From NCBI GenBank assembly GCA_022823045.1, contig JAJDXW010000282.1:1-54258 (forward strand): a stretch of 54,258 nucleotides of DNA. Reading direction: 5' to 3'. How positions within the stretch are numbered: position 1 is the first letter of the stretch; each line of letters starts with the position of its first letter. The stretch is from Gammaproteobacteria bacterium. GTDB taxonomy: Bacteria; Pseudomonadota; Gammaproteobacteria; HK1. Under the pieces are notes generated by a model. It was given only the letters and a program-made list of their open reading frames with translations, did not search any database and was not told where the DNA came from. The translations under genes and the position numbers were made by a program. This document shows, piece after piece, positions 18,580 through 28,465 of the stretch.

Positions 18580-19713
18580 TCAGCGTTCCAAGGTGCCGAT
18601 GCCGGTGTATCGGAAGGCTTCACGCTCCATCGCGTCCACGACATCGGCCCCCGTCTCGCCGCTCACGATGGTGATCCGGCCGAGACTCACGAGCGGGATG
18701 TCGTCGGTACGGCCCTCCAGGTGCGCGCGCACGACCTCCGCGGTCGCGACGCCCACGTCGTCGCTCATCCGCATCGGCGTCGCCCAGAGCTCACCGTGGC
18801 GCAGCGCCTCGAGCTCGTCGCCCGTGCCGCCCCAGGCCGTCACCTTGACGTCGCTGCCCGCCTCCTGCACCGCGGAGATCGAGCCCATCGCCATTGCGGT
18901 GTTGGCGTTGTGGATGAGCTCGACCTCCGGATACGCCTGCAGGATCTGCTGCGTTCCGGTATAGCCGCGCTCGCGTTCGAACATGCCGACGTGCTCGTAC
19001 GCGACCTGCCAGTTGCTCTGGCTGGTCACGCAGTCCTTGAACCCGCCCGAGCGCTGGTCGTCGATCGCGCCGGGAATGCCGCGCACCAGCGCCATCGTGC
19101 CCTCGGTTCCGAGCTTCTTGAGGACATAGTCACACATGATGAGGGCACCGGCGAGGTGCGAGAAGCTGAGGTAGGCCAGGGGCTGCGTGCTGCCCCAGGC
19201 CTGCGGTACCACCGTGAAGTTCCAGACGATCACCTCGGTGTCCGGCTTGTCGATCAGCCGCTTGATGTTGTCCTGCTGTACCTTGAGCTCGGTCGGGCCG
19301 AAGACGACGTAATCGAAGTCCTCCTGCTCGACCTGGTCCGTGTAGGTCGCCTGGATCATGTGATCGCCGACATCCGAGGCGAACTGCGTGTCCTTGGCGG
19401 GAATGCCCATCTCCTCGAGGCGCTTCATCATCGCCTGGTAGTTGCGCAGCCAGAAGTCCGACACGTCCTGGCTCGGATAGATGAAGGCGATCGTGACCGG
19501 CTCGGCCGGAGGGTTCGCCATCGTCTCACCGGGCTTGCCGACGATCTCCTGAAATGCGGCCAAGGTACCCTCGTCGGTGACCTCGTAGTACTCCCAGTAA
19601 CCGTCCTCACCGGAACCTTTCATATCAGCCAGCGCCGGGACGTCGCGCGCGTCGGCGACAGTAGCGCAAAGGGCCAGGCCCGCAACGCTTGCGATAAGGG
19701 TTTTCGTTCGCAT
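18580..19713 (-). CDS. Periplasmic sugar-binding protein family (type I PBP, TorT/LuxP-like) with signal peptide
   Basis: 377 aa. It has the signal peptide MRTKTLIASVAGLALCATVADA. Its position between permease and ATPase genes supports the call. The subfamily assignment is tentative. Confidence 0.7.
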   Translation of the reverse strand: MRTKTLIASVAGLALCATVADARDVPALADMKGSGEDGYWEYYEVTDEGTLAAFQEIVGKPGETMANPPAEPVTIAFIYPSQDVSDFWLRNYQAMMKRLEEMGIPAKDTQFASDVGDHMIQATYTDQVEQEDFDYVVFGPTELKVQQDNIKRLIDKPDTEVIVWNFTVVPQAWGSTQPLAYLSFSHLAGALIMCDYVLKKLGTEGTMALVRGIPGAIDDQRSGGFKDCVTSQSNWQVAYEHVGMFERERGYTGTQQILQAYPEVELIHNANTAMAMGSISAVQEAGSDVKVTAWGGTGDELEALRHGELWATPMRMSDDVGVATAEVVRAHLEGRTDDIPLVSLGRITIVSGETGADVVDAMEREAFRYTGIGTLER

Positions 19714-19765
19714 GATTGGTTCTCCCTGTCGTTGCTCGAGTATGTGTTCGTTGAGGATGCGGCGG

Positions 19766-20806
19766 TCAGGAGCGCCCGCTGCGTGCGCGTCGGAGCAGTC
19801 CGGACAGACCCCCCGTGCTCGGATCCTGCAGGGCCGCGTAGAAGGCGACAGAAGTGATGATGATGAGGCCCGCCGCGACCTGCTGCCAGAAAAAGTCCAG
19901 CCGCAGCATTACCAGCGCGTTGACCACCATGGACAGCAGCAGCACGCCGACCAGCGTGCCCGTCATGGATCCGCGGCCGCCGAACAGCGACGTGCCGCCG
20001 ACCACGACGGCGGCGATCGTGTGAAGGGTCAGCCCCATCCCGGCGGTCGCCTGGATCGCGTTGAGGCGGCCGGTGAGCAGAATGCCGGCAAGTCCGGCAA
20101 GGCCGCCGAGCAGCATGTACTGGTAGACCTTGTGCCGGTGGACATCGATGCCGGTGAGGAACGCGGCTTCGGTGTTGCCGCCGATCGCCACCGCGTAGCG
20201 GCCGAGGGGCGTGTACCGGTAGAGAACGTAGCCGGCCGCGATCGCGACGACCCCGATCACCGCGGCGACCGGCAGAAGGTCGAGGATGCGTCCCCGTCCG
20301 ATCCAGGTCAGCGGTTCGGGAAACCTCGCGAGCACCATGCCGGCGGCAAGGACGAGCGCCAAGCCGCGAAAGACGAGATCGGTCGACAGGGTCGCGATGA
20401 GATCGGGCACCCGCAGCTTGGTGACGACGAAGCCATTCACCGAACCGCAGGCGATGCCCACCAGGAGGGCGACCGCCATGCCGGCGAAGACGTTGACTCC
20501 GGCATCCTTGATCAGCATGGCCATGATCACCGCGGAGAGCGCCGCGATCGAGCCGACCGAGAGGTCGATTCCGCGGCCGGTGATCACCAGGGTCATGCCC
20601 ATGGCGAGAACCATGAAGATGGACGCATCCTGCAGGATGATCATCAGGTTCTGCCAACGGAAGAAGCGCAGATCGGCAAAGGCCATGATCAGGCAAAGCG
20701 CCATGATCATGACCAGCGGACCCAGTATGTTGACGGAACGCTCTGCCCAAGGAATCTCGCGCCGTCGAGACCCTGCCGCTGGCGAGCCTTCCGGAATGCT
20801 CGCCAT
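19766..20806 (-). CDS. ABC transporter permease (ribose/xylose type)
   Basis: Multi-TM protein with VITGRGIDLSVGSI and GGTSLFGGRGSM motifs typical of RbsC-like permeases. Start is the ATG at 20806 inside ORF 19766..20851. Confidence 0.85.
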   Translation of the reverse strand: MASIPEGSPAAGSRRREIPWAERSVNILGPLVMIMALCLIMAFADLRFFRWQNLMIILQDASIFMVLAMGMTLVITGRGIDLSVGSIAALSAVIMAMLIKDAGVNVFAGMAVALLVGIACGSVNGFVVTKLRVPDLIATLSTDLVFRGLALVLAAGMVLARFPEPLTWIGRGRILDLLPVAAVIGVVAIAAGYVLYRYTPLGRYAVAIGGNTEAAFLTGIDVHRHKVYQYMLLGGLAGLAGILLTGRLNAIQATAGMGLTLHTIAAVVVGGTSLFGGRGSMTGTLVGVLLLSMVVNALVMLRLDFFWQQVAAGLIIITSVAFYAALQDPSTGGLSGLLRRARSGRS

Positions 20807-20990
20807 TCGGCACCTGCATTGCGGAGCACAATCGACGGCGGATGCTCCCACCGCCCGCTTCGCGAGTCAAGGCACGGACGATGGGGTCCCGGTTACACGG
20901 GAACCGTCCGGTCGATACCATGTCACGCGGAAACGGACCGCCGCCAACTGGCTCGATACCCCTCGACCCGCCACCTTGCCGGAGACCTCG

Positions 20991-21812
20991 ATGACCGGAC
21001 ATCCGTTCGCCATGGTGCCCCTTCCCGCGGAGCGGAGCGGCTCGAAGCCGCGCACCAAGGGCCTCACGATGATGAAGGACGCGGGACTGCCGCGCGCTCA
21101 CCTGCGGGGCCTCCTCGACCTGATTGCGCCCTTCGTTGACTACGCGAAGTTCGTCACCGGTACCGCGCGGATCCATCCCGAGGACCATCTGCTCGAGAAG
21201 CTCGCGATCTACCGCGAGTTCGACGTTCACACGTTCATCGGCGGCCAGTTCCTCGAGTACGTCTTCGCGACCCGGGGCTTCGCCGGGGTTCGGCCCTACT
21301 GCGAGGAGGCCCGCCGGCTCGGGTTCGAGGCCATCGAGGTCTCCGACAACCGCGTTCCCCTGACCGACGAGGAACGGACCCGGCTCATCTCGACGGCGGT
21401 CGACTGCGGGCTCGAGGTCCACGGCGAGGTCGGCTCCAAGGACGTTCACACCACCGCCGCGACCCTCATCCGCCAGGCGGAGGACTGCTTCGCGGCCGGC
21501 TCGAAGCTGGTCCTCGTCGAGGGAGCGGAGCTCATCGTCGACGACGCCCTCAACGCCCCGCTCCTCGAAGAGCTGAAGGCGGGACTCGACGTCGCGAAGG
21601 TGATGTTCGAGCTGAGCGGCCCGTGGATCCCGGGAACGACCCTCGCGGAGGTCTACCAGCTCCGGAACTTCCTCATCGACGCGTTCGGCCCCGACGTCAA
21701 CATCGCCAACGTCCAGCCGGAGGACGTCTTCGAGACGGAGGTGCTCCGCGTCGGCCTCGGGAGCGCCGGCCCTCCCGCCGGCGTCGGGCAGGCAGGCCCG
21801 AGACCCGAGTGA
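20991..21812 (+). CDS. Phosphosulfolactate synthase (ComA) family protein
   Basis: 273 aa. SKPRTKGLTMM.D.GL, DYAKF..GTA and FEAIEVSD match the ComA family as I recall it. Start is the ATG at 20991 inside ORF 20286..21812. Confidence 0.65.
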   Translation: MTGHPFAMVPLPAERSGSKPRTKGLTMMKDAGLPRAHLRGLLDLIAPFVDYAKFVTGTARIHPEDHLLEKLAIYREFDVHTFIGGQFLEYVFATRGFAGVRPYCEEARRLGFEAIEVSDNRVPLTDEERTRLISTAVDCGLEVHGEVGSKDVHTTAATLIRQAEDCFAAGSKLVLVEGAELIVDDALNAPLLEELKAGLDVAKVMFELSGPWIPGTTLAEVYQLRNFLIDAFGPDVNIANVQPEDVFETEVLRVGLGSAGPPAGVGQAGPRPE

Positions 21813-21910
21813 AGGACGGTGCGCGACGCGCGGTACGCACCGAAGAGCGCGGTCAGGGGATGAGGCCACCGGGGCGCGACCAAACCGCGTGGCCGGCCTT
21901 GAGGGCACAG

Positions 21911-24166
21911 TCAGGACAGGAGGTAGATGGGGCTCGGCCAGGCCTGGTGGCCGTTCTCGAGGGTGACGCAGGCGTAGAGGCGGGTGTCCGCGCCCCGACG
22001 GAGCTTGACGCGGCGGCTCAAGGTCATCGAGCGGGTGGCGTTCTCGTCCGGCAGCCGGAAGACGCGGACCGCCTTGTGGAGGCCGCCCGCGTCGACCCGC
22101 GTGTCGGCGAGGCCGATGCCGGCGAGCTCGAGGTCGGCGTCGACCTCGCTCGTGCGAAGCCGGAGGACCCCGCGCTCCGCTTCGTCTAACCACACGTCGA
22201 TGGCGGAGAACCCACCCGTCGTGACGCAGCGCCACGCGACCTCGTCCTCTCCGACCTGCCGGGGAAGCTGCTCGACGTTCCAGAAGTTGACGGGCGCGAT
22301 GCGCTCGATCCTCGCCCCCTCGAACGTCGCGATTCCCTCCCAGGCGACGTTCCGGCCCCGGCCCCGATAGTGGGCGCCCTCGCAGACGATGCGGATGCGC
22401 CGGCCGAGGTCGGACTCCCCGTAGGGCCGCACCGTCTCGATGGTGTCGAGCCCGTCGCGAAGCTCGATCCGCTCGATGGGCGCGGGTGCGGTGACGTCGA
22501 GCCGGAAGGTCACCTCGTCGTCGTCGCCGGTCCGGACGATGTCTCCCATGATCGCGCGGCGGCACGTCTCCTCCCCGACATCGCCGAGGTCCGGGTTGCG
22601 GTGATGGAGCACGCCGGGGGAGTCGAGCTCGACCGAGGCGGCGAGATGGAGGCGGGCGCCGGTCGTCGCGTAGTGGTGGCGGCGGCGGAAGGCCTCGACG
22701 AGGCAGTCCCGGTCGAGGGATTCGAGAAGGTGACAGGTGAGCCCCCCGTAGGAGCCGAACTCGGCGACCCCGGGGTACTTGGCGCCGGGTCGACCGTCGT
22801 GCCCGTCGCTCGAGGCGACGATGCCGACCCGGTAGTCCGCCTCGAACGCGTCGCGGACGATCCACTCGAAGGTCCCCCACGCGGAGTGGATCTCGACCGA
22901 GGGCTCGATCCTCGCGTCGTGGGCGTACTTGACGTCCGCGTAGCGCCCGCCGATGTGCGCGGTGACGAGCGCGTCCTCGTGCCGGAGCGCGGCGAGGAGG
23001 TCCTTCGCGCTGTGGCAGTCGGTCTCCGGGTGGGCGGTGTCGTAGACGAGGGCCCGGCACGACCGGTAGATGGGCCGCCCCTCGTGCCGGTACCAGACGT
23101 TGTGGTCGCCGCCGAGGGAGGTGTTGCCGGACCACTCGTAGCCGGGGAGGGTCACGAAGCGGCCGGGCTCGTTGAACTCGGCGGTGAGCTCGTTGAGCTC
23201 GCGCCAGAACGCGTCCGTTATCTGGAAGTCGTTCCCCTGGTGGCCGCAGATGTCGAGGAACGCCCGGTCGCGGGCGAACGCGAAGTAGTCTCGGGCAGGG
23301 TTGGTGCCGACGGTCTCCTCGCTCTGTCCGTGGAGGTCGCTCCAGTAGTGGCGGTACGGGGTGTCGGCCTCGACGCGGAGGGGGTTCGACTCCGCGAGGA
23401 GGGCGCCGTCCTCGCCGAGGACCCGGACGCGGCGCTCCGCCACATCGGCGGCGGCGACCGAGAGGCCGTCCACCTCCCGGCCGAACTCCCCCGCCCGGAA
23501 CGCAACGGTCTCGGGCAGGCCGTCGATCGGCCCGTCGGCGGCGAGGCGGACCGTCCCCTCCACCCGGTCGCTCGGGTTGCCCCACCGGTCCTCGCACTTG
23601 AGGCAGAGCCGGAAGCGGTCCCCCGTCCGCCGGAGGGTCGGGAGGATCGCGACCCACTTCACCCCCGGCCCCGGCCCGATGCCGATGGTGGGCTGGGCTT
23701 CGTCCGGCAACGGGATGTACTCGTAGCTCGCGAAGGGATCGGCGAGCACGCGAAACTCGAAGCGCGGCTGGACGAAGGTCTGGAGCCGGAGCCCCGGCGA
23801 GCCCCCCCGCCGGTCACCGAAGCGGATGACGACCCGGTCTCCCTCGGAGAGGTACCGGTCGCAGCGAACGTAGAGCGAGATCCCCCACGGGCGCGTGTTG
23901 CGGCGGTGCTCGCAGCGCACCGTGAGAGGGATCCCGGTCGAGGTTTCGACCGTGGTGTACCCGGGGCCCGCGGGGTCGTCGCACTGGATCATCGACTGGT
24001 CGGTCTGCATCCGGAACGCGACCTTGAGGCTCCCCCGGTCGTCGATGCCGAACTTCCCGCAGGTGTAGGTGAGGGTGAAGCTCTGCCAGCTCCCGGCCTC
24101 GAAGCGGCCGACGGGCTCGATGGCCGCCGACCCCATGAGGTCGGGGCGGTAGTCGTGATGCGGCAT
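21911..24166 (-). CDS. Large DUF3604-like (PHP-superfamily metallohydrolase-like) protein
   Basis: 751 aa. HYWSDLHGQSEETVG, LPGYEWSGNTSLGGDHNVWY, VTAHIGGRY, VEIHSAWGTFEW and ASSDGHDGRPG resemble DUF3604 metal-site blocks. An extra N-terminal region of about 270 aa is present. Confidence 0.55.
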   Translation of the reverse strand: MPHHDYRPDLMGSAAIEPVGRFEAGSWQSFTLTYTCGKFGIDDRGSLKVAFRMQTDQSMIQCDDPAGPGYTTVETSTGIPLTVRCEHRRNTRPWGISLYVRCDRYLSEGDRVVIRFGDRRGGSPGLRLQTFVQPRFEFRVLADPFASYEYIPLPDEAQPTIGIGPGPGVKWVAILPTLRRTGDRFRLCLKCEDRWGNPSDRVEGTVRLAADGPIDGLPETVAFRAGEFGREVDGLSVAAADVAERRVRVLGEDGALLAESNPLRVEADTPYRHYWSDLHGQSEETVGTNPARDYFAFARDRAFLDICGHQGNDFQITDAFWRELNELTAEFNEPGRFVTLPGYEWSGNTSLGGDHNVWYRHEGRPIYRSCRALVYDTAHPETDCHSAKDLLAALRHEDALVTAHIGGRYADVKYAHDARIEPSVEIHSAWGTFEWIVRDAFEADYRVGIVASSDGHDGRPGAKYPGVAEFGSYGGLTCHLLESLDRDCLVEAFRRRHHYATTGARLHLAASVELDSPGVLHHRNPDLGDVGEETCRRAIMGDIVRTGDDDEVTFRLDVTAPAPIERIELRDGLDTIETVRPYGESDLGRRIRIVCEGAHYRGRGRNVAWEGIATFEGARIERIAPVNFWNVEQLPRQVGEDEVAWRCVTTGGFSAIDVWLDEAERGVLRLRTSEVDADLELAGIGLADTRVDAGGLHKAVRVFRLPDENATRSMTLSRRVKLRRGADTRLYACVTLENGHQAWPSPIYLLS

Positions 24167-24262
24167 CGGCTGGAAACTCCCCTGGAAATCGACGGCTGCG
24201 CCCCGGATCGGAAGCCGGAGGCCGGCCGCGCCCCATGCGGCCGTCCCTGACCGACCCTTCGT

Positions 24263-25324
24263 TCAGTACTTCCGGGCGCCGGCCTCGGAGGCGACGCGCG
24301 GCACCAGCGCCTTGACCAGATTCGTCATCTCGAGCACCCCGACGGGCGTTCCCTCGCACATCACGACGAAGGAGTGCGAGGTGTCGCCGCCGGAGCGCGT
24401 AATCGTGTCCTCGAGCGTGTCGTTGAGGTCCACCTCGCCGTGGGCGTCGGCCGGCGGTTCGCCTCCGTTCAAGGGAGTCATGATCGAGCGCACCCTGAGA
24501 ACGCGGGCACGATTGATGTCGCTGACGAAATCCTCGATGTAGGGGTCGTTCGGGTTCAGCAGGATGTACTGCGGCTCGCCCTGTTGGACGATATGGCCGT
24601 CCTTGAGGATCACCAGGCGATCCGCAAGCTTGAGCGCCTCGTCCAGGTCGTGGGTAATGAAGACGATGGTCTTGTGCAGCTCCTTCTGCAATTCCAGCAG
24701 AAGGTCCTGCATGTCGGTGCGAATCAGCGGGTCGAGAGCCGAGAACGCTTCGTCCATCAACATGATCGGCGAGTTCGAGGTCAGCGCGCGCGCAATGCCG
24801 ATACGCTGCTGCATGCCGCCGGAGAGCTGGTGGGGATAGTGGTTCTCGTAGCCGATGAGGCCGACCCTCTCGAGCCACTTCCTCGCCTCGGCCAGGTACT
24901 CCCGCTGGCTGACGCCGCGGACCTGAAGCGTCGTTCCGGCGTTCTCGGCCGCGGTGCGGTGAGGCATCAGGGCGAACTTCTGGAACACCATGGACATGAC
25001 TTCGCGGCGCAGCGAGCGCAGGCGCTCCTCGTCGTAGGCCAGCACGTCCTCGCCATCGACCTCGATCTGCCCCGAGGTCGGTTCAATCAGCCGGTTGAGG
25101 TGCCGGATGAGGGTGCTCTTGCCGGAGCCCGAAAGGCCCATGATGACCGTGATGTCGCTCTCGTGCATATCGATATCGATATCCTGCAGGCCGAGCACAT
25201 GGCCATGGCGCTCCAGCAGATCCGCCTTGCCGACGCCGGCCCGCACCTGATCGAGCGCGGCCTTCGGGTCCACCCCGAAGATCTTGTAGAGGCTCCGGAT
25301 TGCGATCTTGACCTTGCCGGACAC
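24263..25324 (-). CDS. proV: Glycine betaine/proline-type (ProU/OpuA-type) ABC transporter ATPase with C-terminal CBS-like region
   Basis: 353 aa with Walker A GLSGSGKST, signature LSGGMQQRIGIARAL, Walker B MLMDEAFSALDP and a C-terminal regulatory tail. Confidence 0.85.
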   Translation of the reverse strand: MSGKVKIAIRSLYKIFGVDPKAALDQVRAGVGKADLLERHGHVLGLQDIDIDMHESDITVIMGLSGSGKSTLIRHLNRLIEPTSGQIEVDGEDVLAYDEERLRSLRREVMSMVFQKFALMPHRTAAENAGTTLQVRGVSQREYLAEARKWLERVGLIGYENHYPHQLSGGMQQRIGIARALTSNSPIMLMDEAFSALDPLIRTDMQDLLLELQKELHKTIVFITHDLDEALKLADRLVILKDGHIVQQGEPQYILLNPNDPYIEDFVSDINRARVLRVRSIMTPLNGGEPPADAHGEVDLNDTLEDTITRSGGDTSHSFVVMCEGTPVGVLEMTNLVKALVPRVASEAGARKY

Positions 25325-25339
25325 GCCGGAACCCCCCGG

Positions 25340-26371
25340 TCAGACCTTCTGAGCGGCGTTGACGCGATCGAGCGCCGCCTTGGTCACGCGATCCAGGATG
25401 ATTGCCAGGAGCACGATGCCGAGGCCCGAGATGAGCCCGACCCCGAGCTCGAGATTCCGGATACCGCGCAGCACGAGCACGCCCAGACCCGGCGCCGACA
25501 CCAGCGACGCGATGACGACCATCGCCAGGCTCATCATGATCGTCTGGTTCACGCCGGCCATGATGTTGGGCAACGCCAGCGGAATCTGGACCCCGAACAG
25601 CTTTTGCCGGTCGGTCATGCCGAAGGAATCGGCCGCCTCGATGACGTCCCTGTCCACCAGCCGGATACCGAGATCGGTGAGCCGGATCACCGGCACGATC
25701 GCGTAGAGGATGATCGCGATTCCGTAGAGCTTCGGCTCCGTCACCGAGAACAGGAAGATCAGGGGAATCAGGTACACGAACGGCGGCAGGGTCTGGAGCA
25801 TGTCCAGCACCGGGATCGTCAGGCGCTGCATCCGGTCGCTGCGCGACATGGCAATGCCGATGGGCACGCCGAACAGGACGCAAAGGAAGGCGCAGACGAA
25901 GATGATCGCCAGGGTCTGCATGGCGAACCCGTAGTGGTCGATGAACGCCAGGAAGCCGAGGCAGGCGGTCACCAGGCCGATCAGCCGAATCGACCTCGTG
26001 GCCAGGTACACCACCACCATGAGAAGGGGAAACATGACCCACCATGGCGCGGCCTCGAAGACCAGAAGCGCGAATTCGAGTATCCAGCTCAGCGGCTGGG
26101 TAAGCGGATCGAGCACGAAGCGCAGAGCATCCTTGATCGCCAGGAACCCCTGCTCGAGGCCCTTCGTCGTGTCGCGCGACTGGGCGATCCGGCCGCACGC
26201 CTCGTTCAGTGCATCGAGCGAAGGGAACGGCAATTCCCACCACGGGGTTTCCTTGCCGGCGCCGCCCTTCGCCAGCAGGTCCGCCATCGACAGCGGCCCA
26301 TCGCCCGTCTTGCCCGCGTCGCACCAGCCGCGCAGGCCGAGCCCGTCGAACAGGAAGTCATACGTCGCCAT
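25340..26371 (-). CDS. proW: Glycine betaine/proline-type ABC transporter permease
   Basis: 343 aa multi-TM protein with the ProW-like core (LPPFVYLIPL, MTDRQKLFGVQIPLALPNIMAGVNQ). Confidence 0.85.
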   Translation of the reverse strand: MATYDFLFDGLGLRGWCDAGKTGDGPLSMADLLAKGGAGKETPWWELPFPSLDALNEACGRIAQSRDTTKGLEQGFLAIKDALRFVLDPLTQPLSWILEFALLVFEAAPWWVMFPLLMVVVYLATRSIRLIGLVTACLGFLAFIDHYGFAMQTLAIIFVCAFLCVLFGVPIGIAMSRSDRMQRLTIPVLDMLQTLPPFVYLIPLIFLFSVTEPKLYGIAIILYAIVPVIRLTDLGIRLVDRDVIEAADSFGMTDRQKLFGVQIPLALPNIMAGVNQTIMMSLAMVVIASLVSAPGLGVLVLRGIRNLELGVGLISGLGIVLLAIILDRVTKAALDRVNAAQKV

Positions 26372-26513
26372 GACCGGTCACCTCCTGCCAGCGGCCCGGG
26401 ACGAGGCACTCCCCGTCCCGGGTCGCGCGCGTTGCAGGTCGGTCAACGCATTGTCGCCGGCAGCGTTCCGACAGCGTTCGAATCGCGTCCCGACGGCGCG
26501 ACGGTGCGACGGC

Positions 26514-27494
26514 TCACTGGATGAAGTTCGAGAGCTTCGCGCGCGCGTCGTCGTTGATCCACTGCGACCAGATATCGGACTGCGAGGTCAGGAAGTAGAC
26601 GGCCGCCTCCTCCGCCGAGGCGCTGTTCTCCTCCTGCCAGGCGAGGATGCCGCTCAGGAGGCCGACCTCGAAGCTGACGTTGCCCATCAGCTCGACGATC
26701 TCGGGCTCGCGCTCGGTCAGCGCGGCGGTCGCGACCGTCAGGACGGGCGCCGGCGGGAAATCGGACACCCCCGGGCTCGGGTTGTCCTTGTTCTGGTTGG
26801 CCGAATGGACGTCGTTGTCGATGTCGCCGAGCGCAACCTTGACCATCTCGTACTTGCCCAGCACCGCGGTGGGACCCCAGTAGTAGCCGAACCAGGGCTC
26901 CTTGTTCTCGTAAGCGGCAGCGATCGAGGTCGCAAGCGTTTCCCCGGACCCGTGGTCGAACACCTCAATGCCCGCCTCCTCGACACCGAGCGCCTTGATC
27001 AGGTTGTCGTTGACGATCCGGCAGCCCCAACCGTCCGGGCAGTTGTTGAAACGCCCCCCGACCACGTCGGGATTGGCCAGAATCCCCTCGATGGTGGCAA
27101 GCTCCGGATGCGCTTCGGCGAGATAGGCCGGGACCCACCAGCCTTCCACGCCGCCCGGCGCGATGACGTCGGCGAGCCGGGAAACCTTGCCCTCGGCTTC
27201 GAGCTTGGCGTAGACGGCGCCGGTCGAGTTCAGCCACAGCTCGGTCACGAGATCGGGCTCACCGTTCTCGGCCAGGGACGCGACGGAGGTGGTGGTCGCG
27301 GACGGCACCTTCTCGATCGTGCAACCGTATCCTTGCTCCATCAGGAACTTGGAGACCTCCGTGATGATCTGGGACGACGCCCAGTTCATCTCGGTGATGG
27401 ACACCTCCCCGCACTCCGCGGAGGCCGTTCCCGGAACGGCGAGACTGGCGCTTGCTGCGAAACCGACCAGGGCGGCGGCTAGGGCTTTCTTCAT
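26514..27494 (-). CDS. Glycine betaine/choline-type ABC transporter substrate-binding protein
   Basis: It has the signal peptide MKKALAAALVGFAASASLAVPGTASA, then ITEMNWASSQ and WVPAYL. SD AGGAGCAGGA is upstream. Start is the ATG at 27494 inside ORF 26514..27605. Confidence 0.8.
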   Translation of the reverse strand: MKKALAAALVGFAASASLAVPGTASAECGEVSITEMNWASSQIITEVSKFLMEQGYGCTIEKVPSATTTSVASLAENGEPDLVTELWLNSTGAVYAKLEAEGKVSRLADVIAPGGVEGWWVPAYLAEAHPELATIEGILANPDVVGGRFNNCPDGWGCRIVNDNLIKALGVEEAGIEVFDHGSGETLATSIAAAYENKEPWFGYYWGPTAVLGKYEMVKVALGDIDNDVHSANQNKDNPSPGVSDFPPAPVLTVATAALTEREPEIVELMGNVSFEVGLLSGILAWQEENSASAEEAAVYFLTSQSDIWSQWINDDARAKLSNFIQ

Positions 27495-27783
27495 GGTCCT
27501 GCTCCTGTGTGACAGACCGCTCGTCTCGACATGCCGGAACCGGAGATGGGTCCACAGCCAAGCCGAACAACGGACTTCGCCGGCATCGTAAGCCAGGCGT
27601 CGCATTCGTTCAATCGAAGCCGCCGCGGCGAGATTCGGGCCTCCCGCGGCGGCGGAACGCGCCCCGGATCGACTGGCCAGCTCGAGGAGCTTCGGGCCCC
27701 TTCGGGGATGGTCGGCCGCACGACATTGGCGCGCTGCCCGTAGCGGGGCATGGTCCGGACCCGGGACCGGTTCGGGGGCCCGA

Positions 27784-28413
27784 TCAGGCGGCGAGGACGC
27801 CCGACATCGGGATGAACCCTGGGATGCGCTTGACGCGGTCCGTCCAGCGGCGGATCGCGGGGTAGGGCATGCGCGAGACCCCGCCTTCCTCGGAGAGCGC
27901 GACGTAGGGGAAGCAGGCGATGTCGGCGATGGTTGGATGGTCCGGTCCGCAGAGCCAGTCCCGGCCCTCCTGTTCCTGGAACCAGAGGTGCTCGTCCAGC
28001 ACCCGGAAGAGCGTGTGCGCCCCGGCGCGTGCCCGGTCCGCGTCCAGCTCGAAGAAGATCCCGTCGTGGAGCCGCGCGGCGGAGGCGGTCGCGGTGATGC
28101 CGTCGGCGAAGGCGAGCCACATCGCGATCTCGCCGAGGGTCCTCGCGTCGCCGGTCGGATACCACTCGCCGCTCCCGTCGTGCTTCGCGGCGAGGTAGAC
28201 GAGGATCGCCTGCGCGTCGCGGAGCGTGACGTCCCCGTCCTCGATCACCGGCACCTGGCCGAGGGGGTTGTGCCTAAGGAACCACTCGCTCTTGTGATCA
28301 CGCCGGGGGTGGAAGTCGATCCAGCGCGTTTCCCACTCGAGACCGAGGAGGCTCAGGAACAGCCGGATCTTGTAGCAGTTTCCGGAGAGCACGTAGTCGT
28401 AGAGGCGGATCAC
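27784..28413 (-). CDS. Glutathione S-transferase
   Basis: 209 aa. The N-terminal thioredoxin-like part is MIRLYDYVLSGNCYKIRLFLSLLGL...NPLGQVPVIEDGD. The C-terminal part is helical. Confidence 0.85.
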   Translation of the reverse strand: MIRLYDYVLSGNCYKIRLFLSLLGLEWETRWIDFHPRRDHKSEWFLRHNPLGQVPVIEDGDVTLRDAQAILVYLAAKHDGSGEWYPTGDARTLGEIAMWLAFADGITATASAARLHDGIFFELDADRARAGAHTLFRVLDEHLWFQEQEGRDWLCGPDHPTIADIACFPYVALSEEGGVSRMPYPAIRRWTDRVKRIPGFIPMSGVLAA

Positions 28414-28465
28414 GGCGATGCTTCCGCGCAGCGGTTCCCGGAAGGCCCGTGGTCGCGGAGACGGC

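Noticed and set aside
19620-23657. 1345-aa minus-strand ORF, the longest in the track
   Set aside because: It is extremely Arg/Pro/Gly-rich with no recognisable domain. It spans regions where recognisable genes are read in other frames or on the other strand (permease, ComA-like, DUF3604-like). This is the typical stop-codon-poor shadow frame of high-GC DNA.
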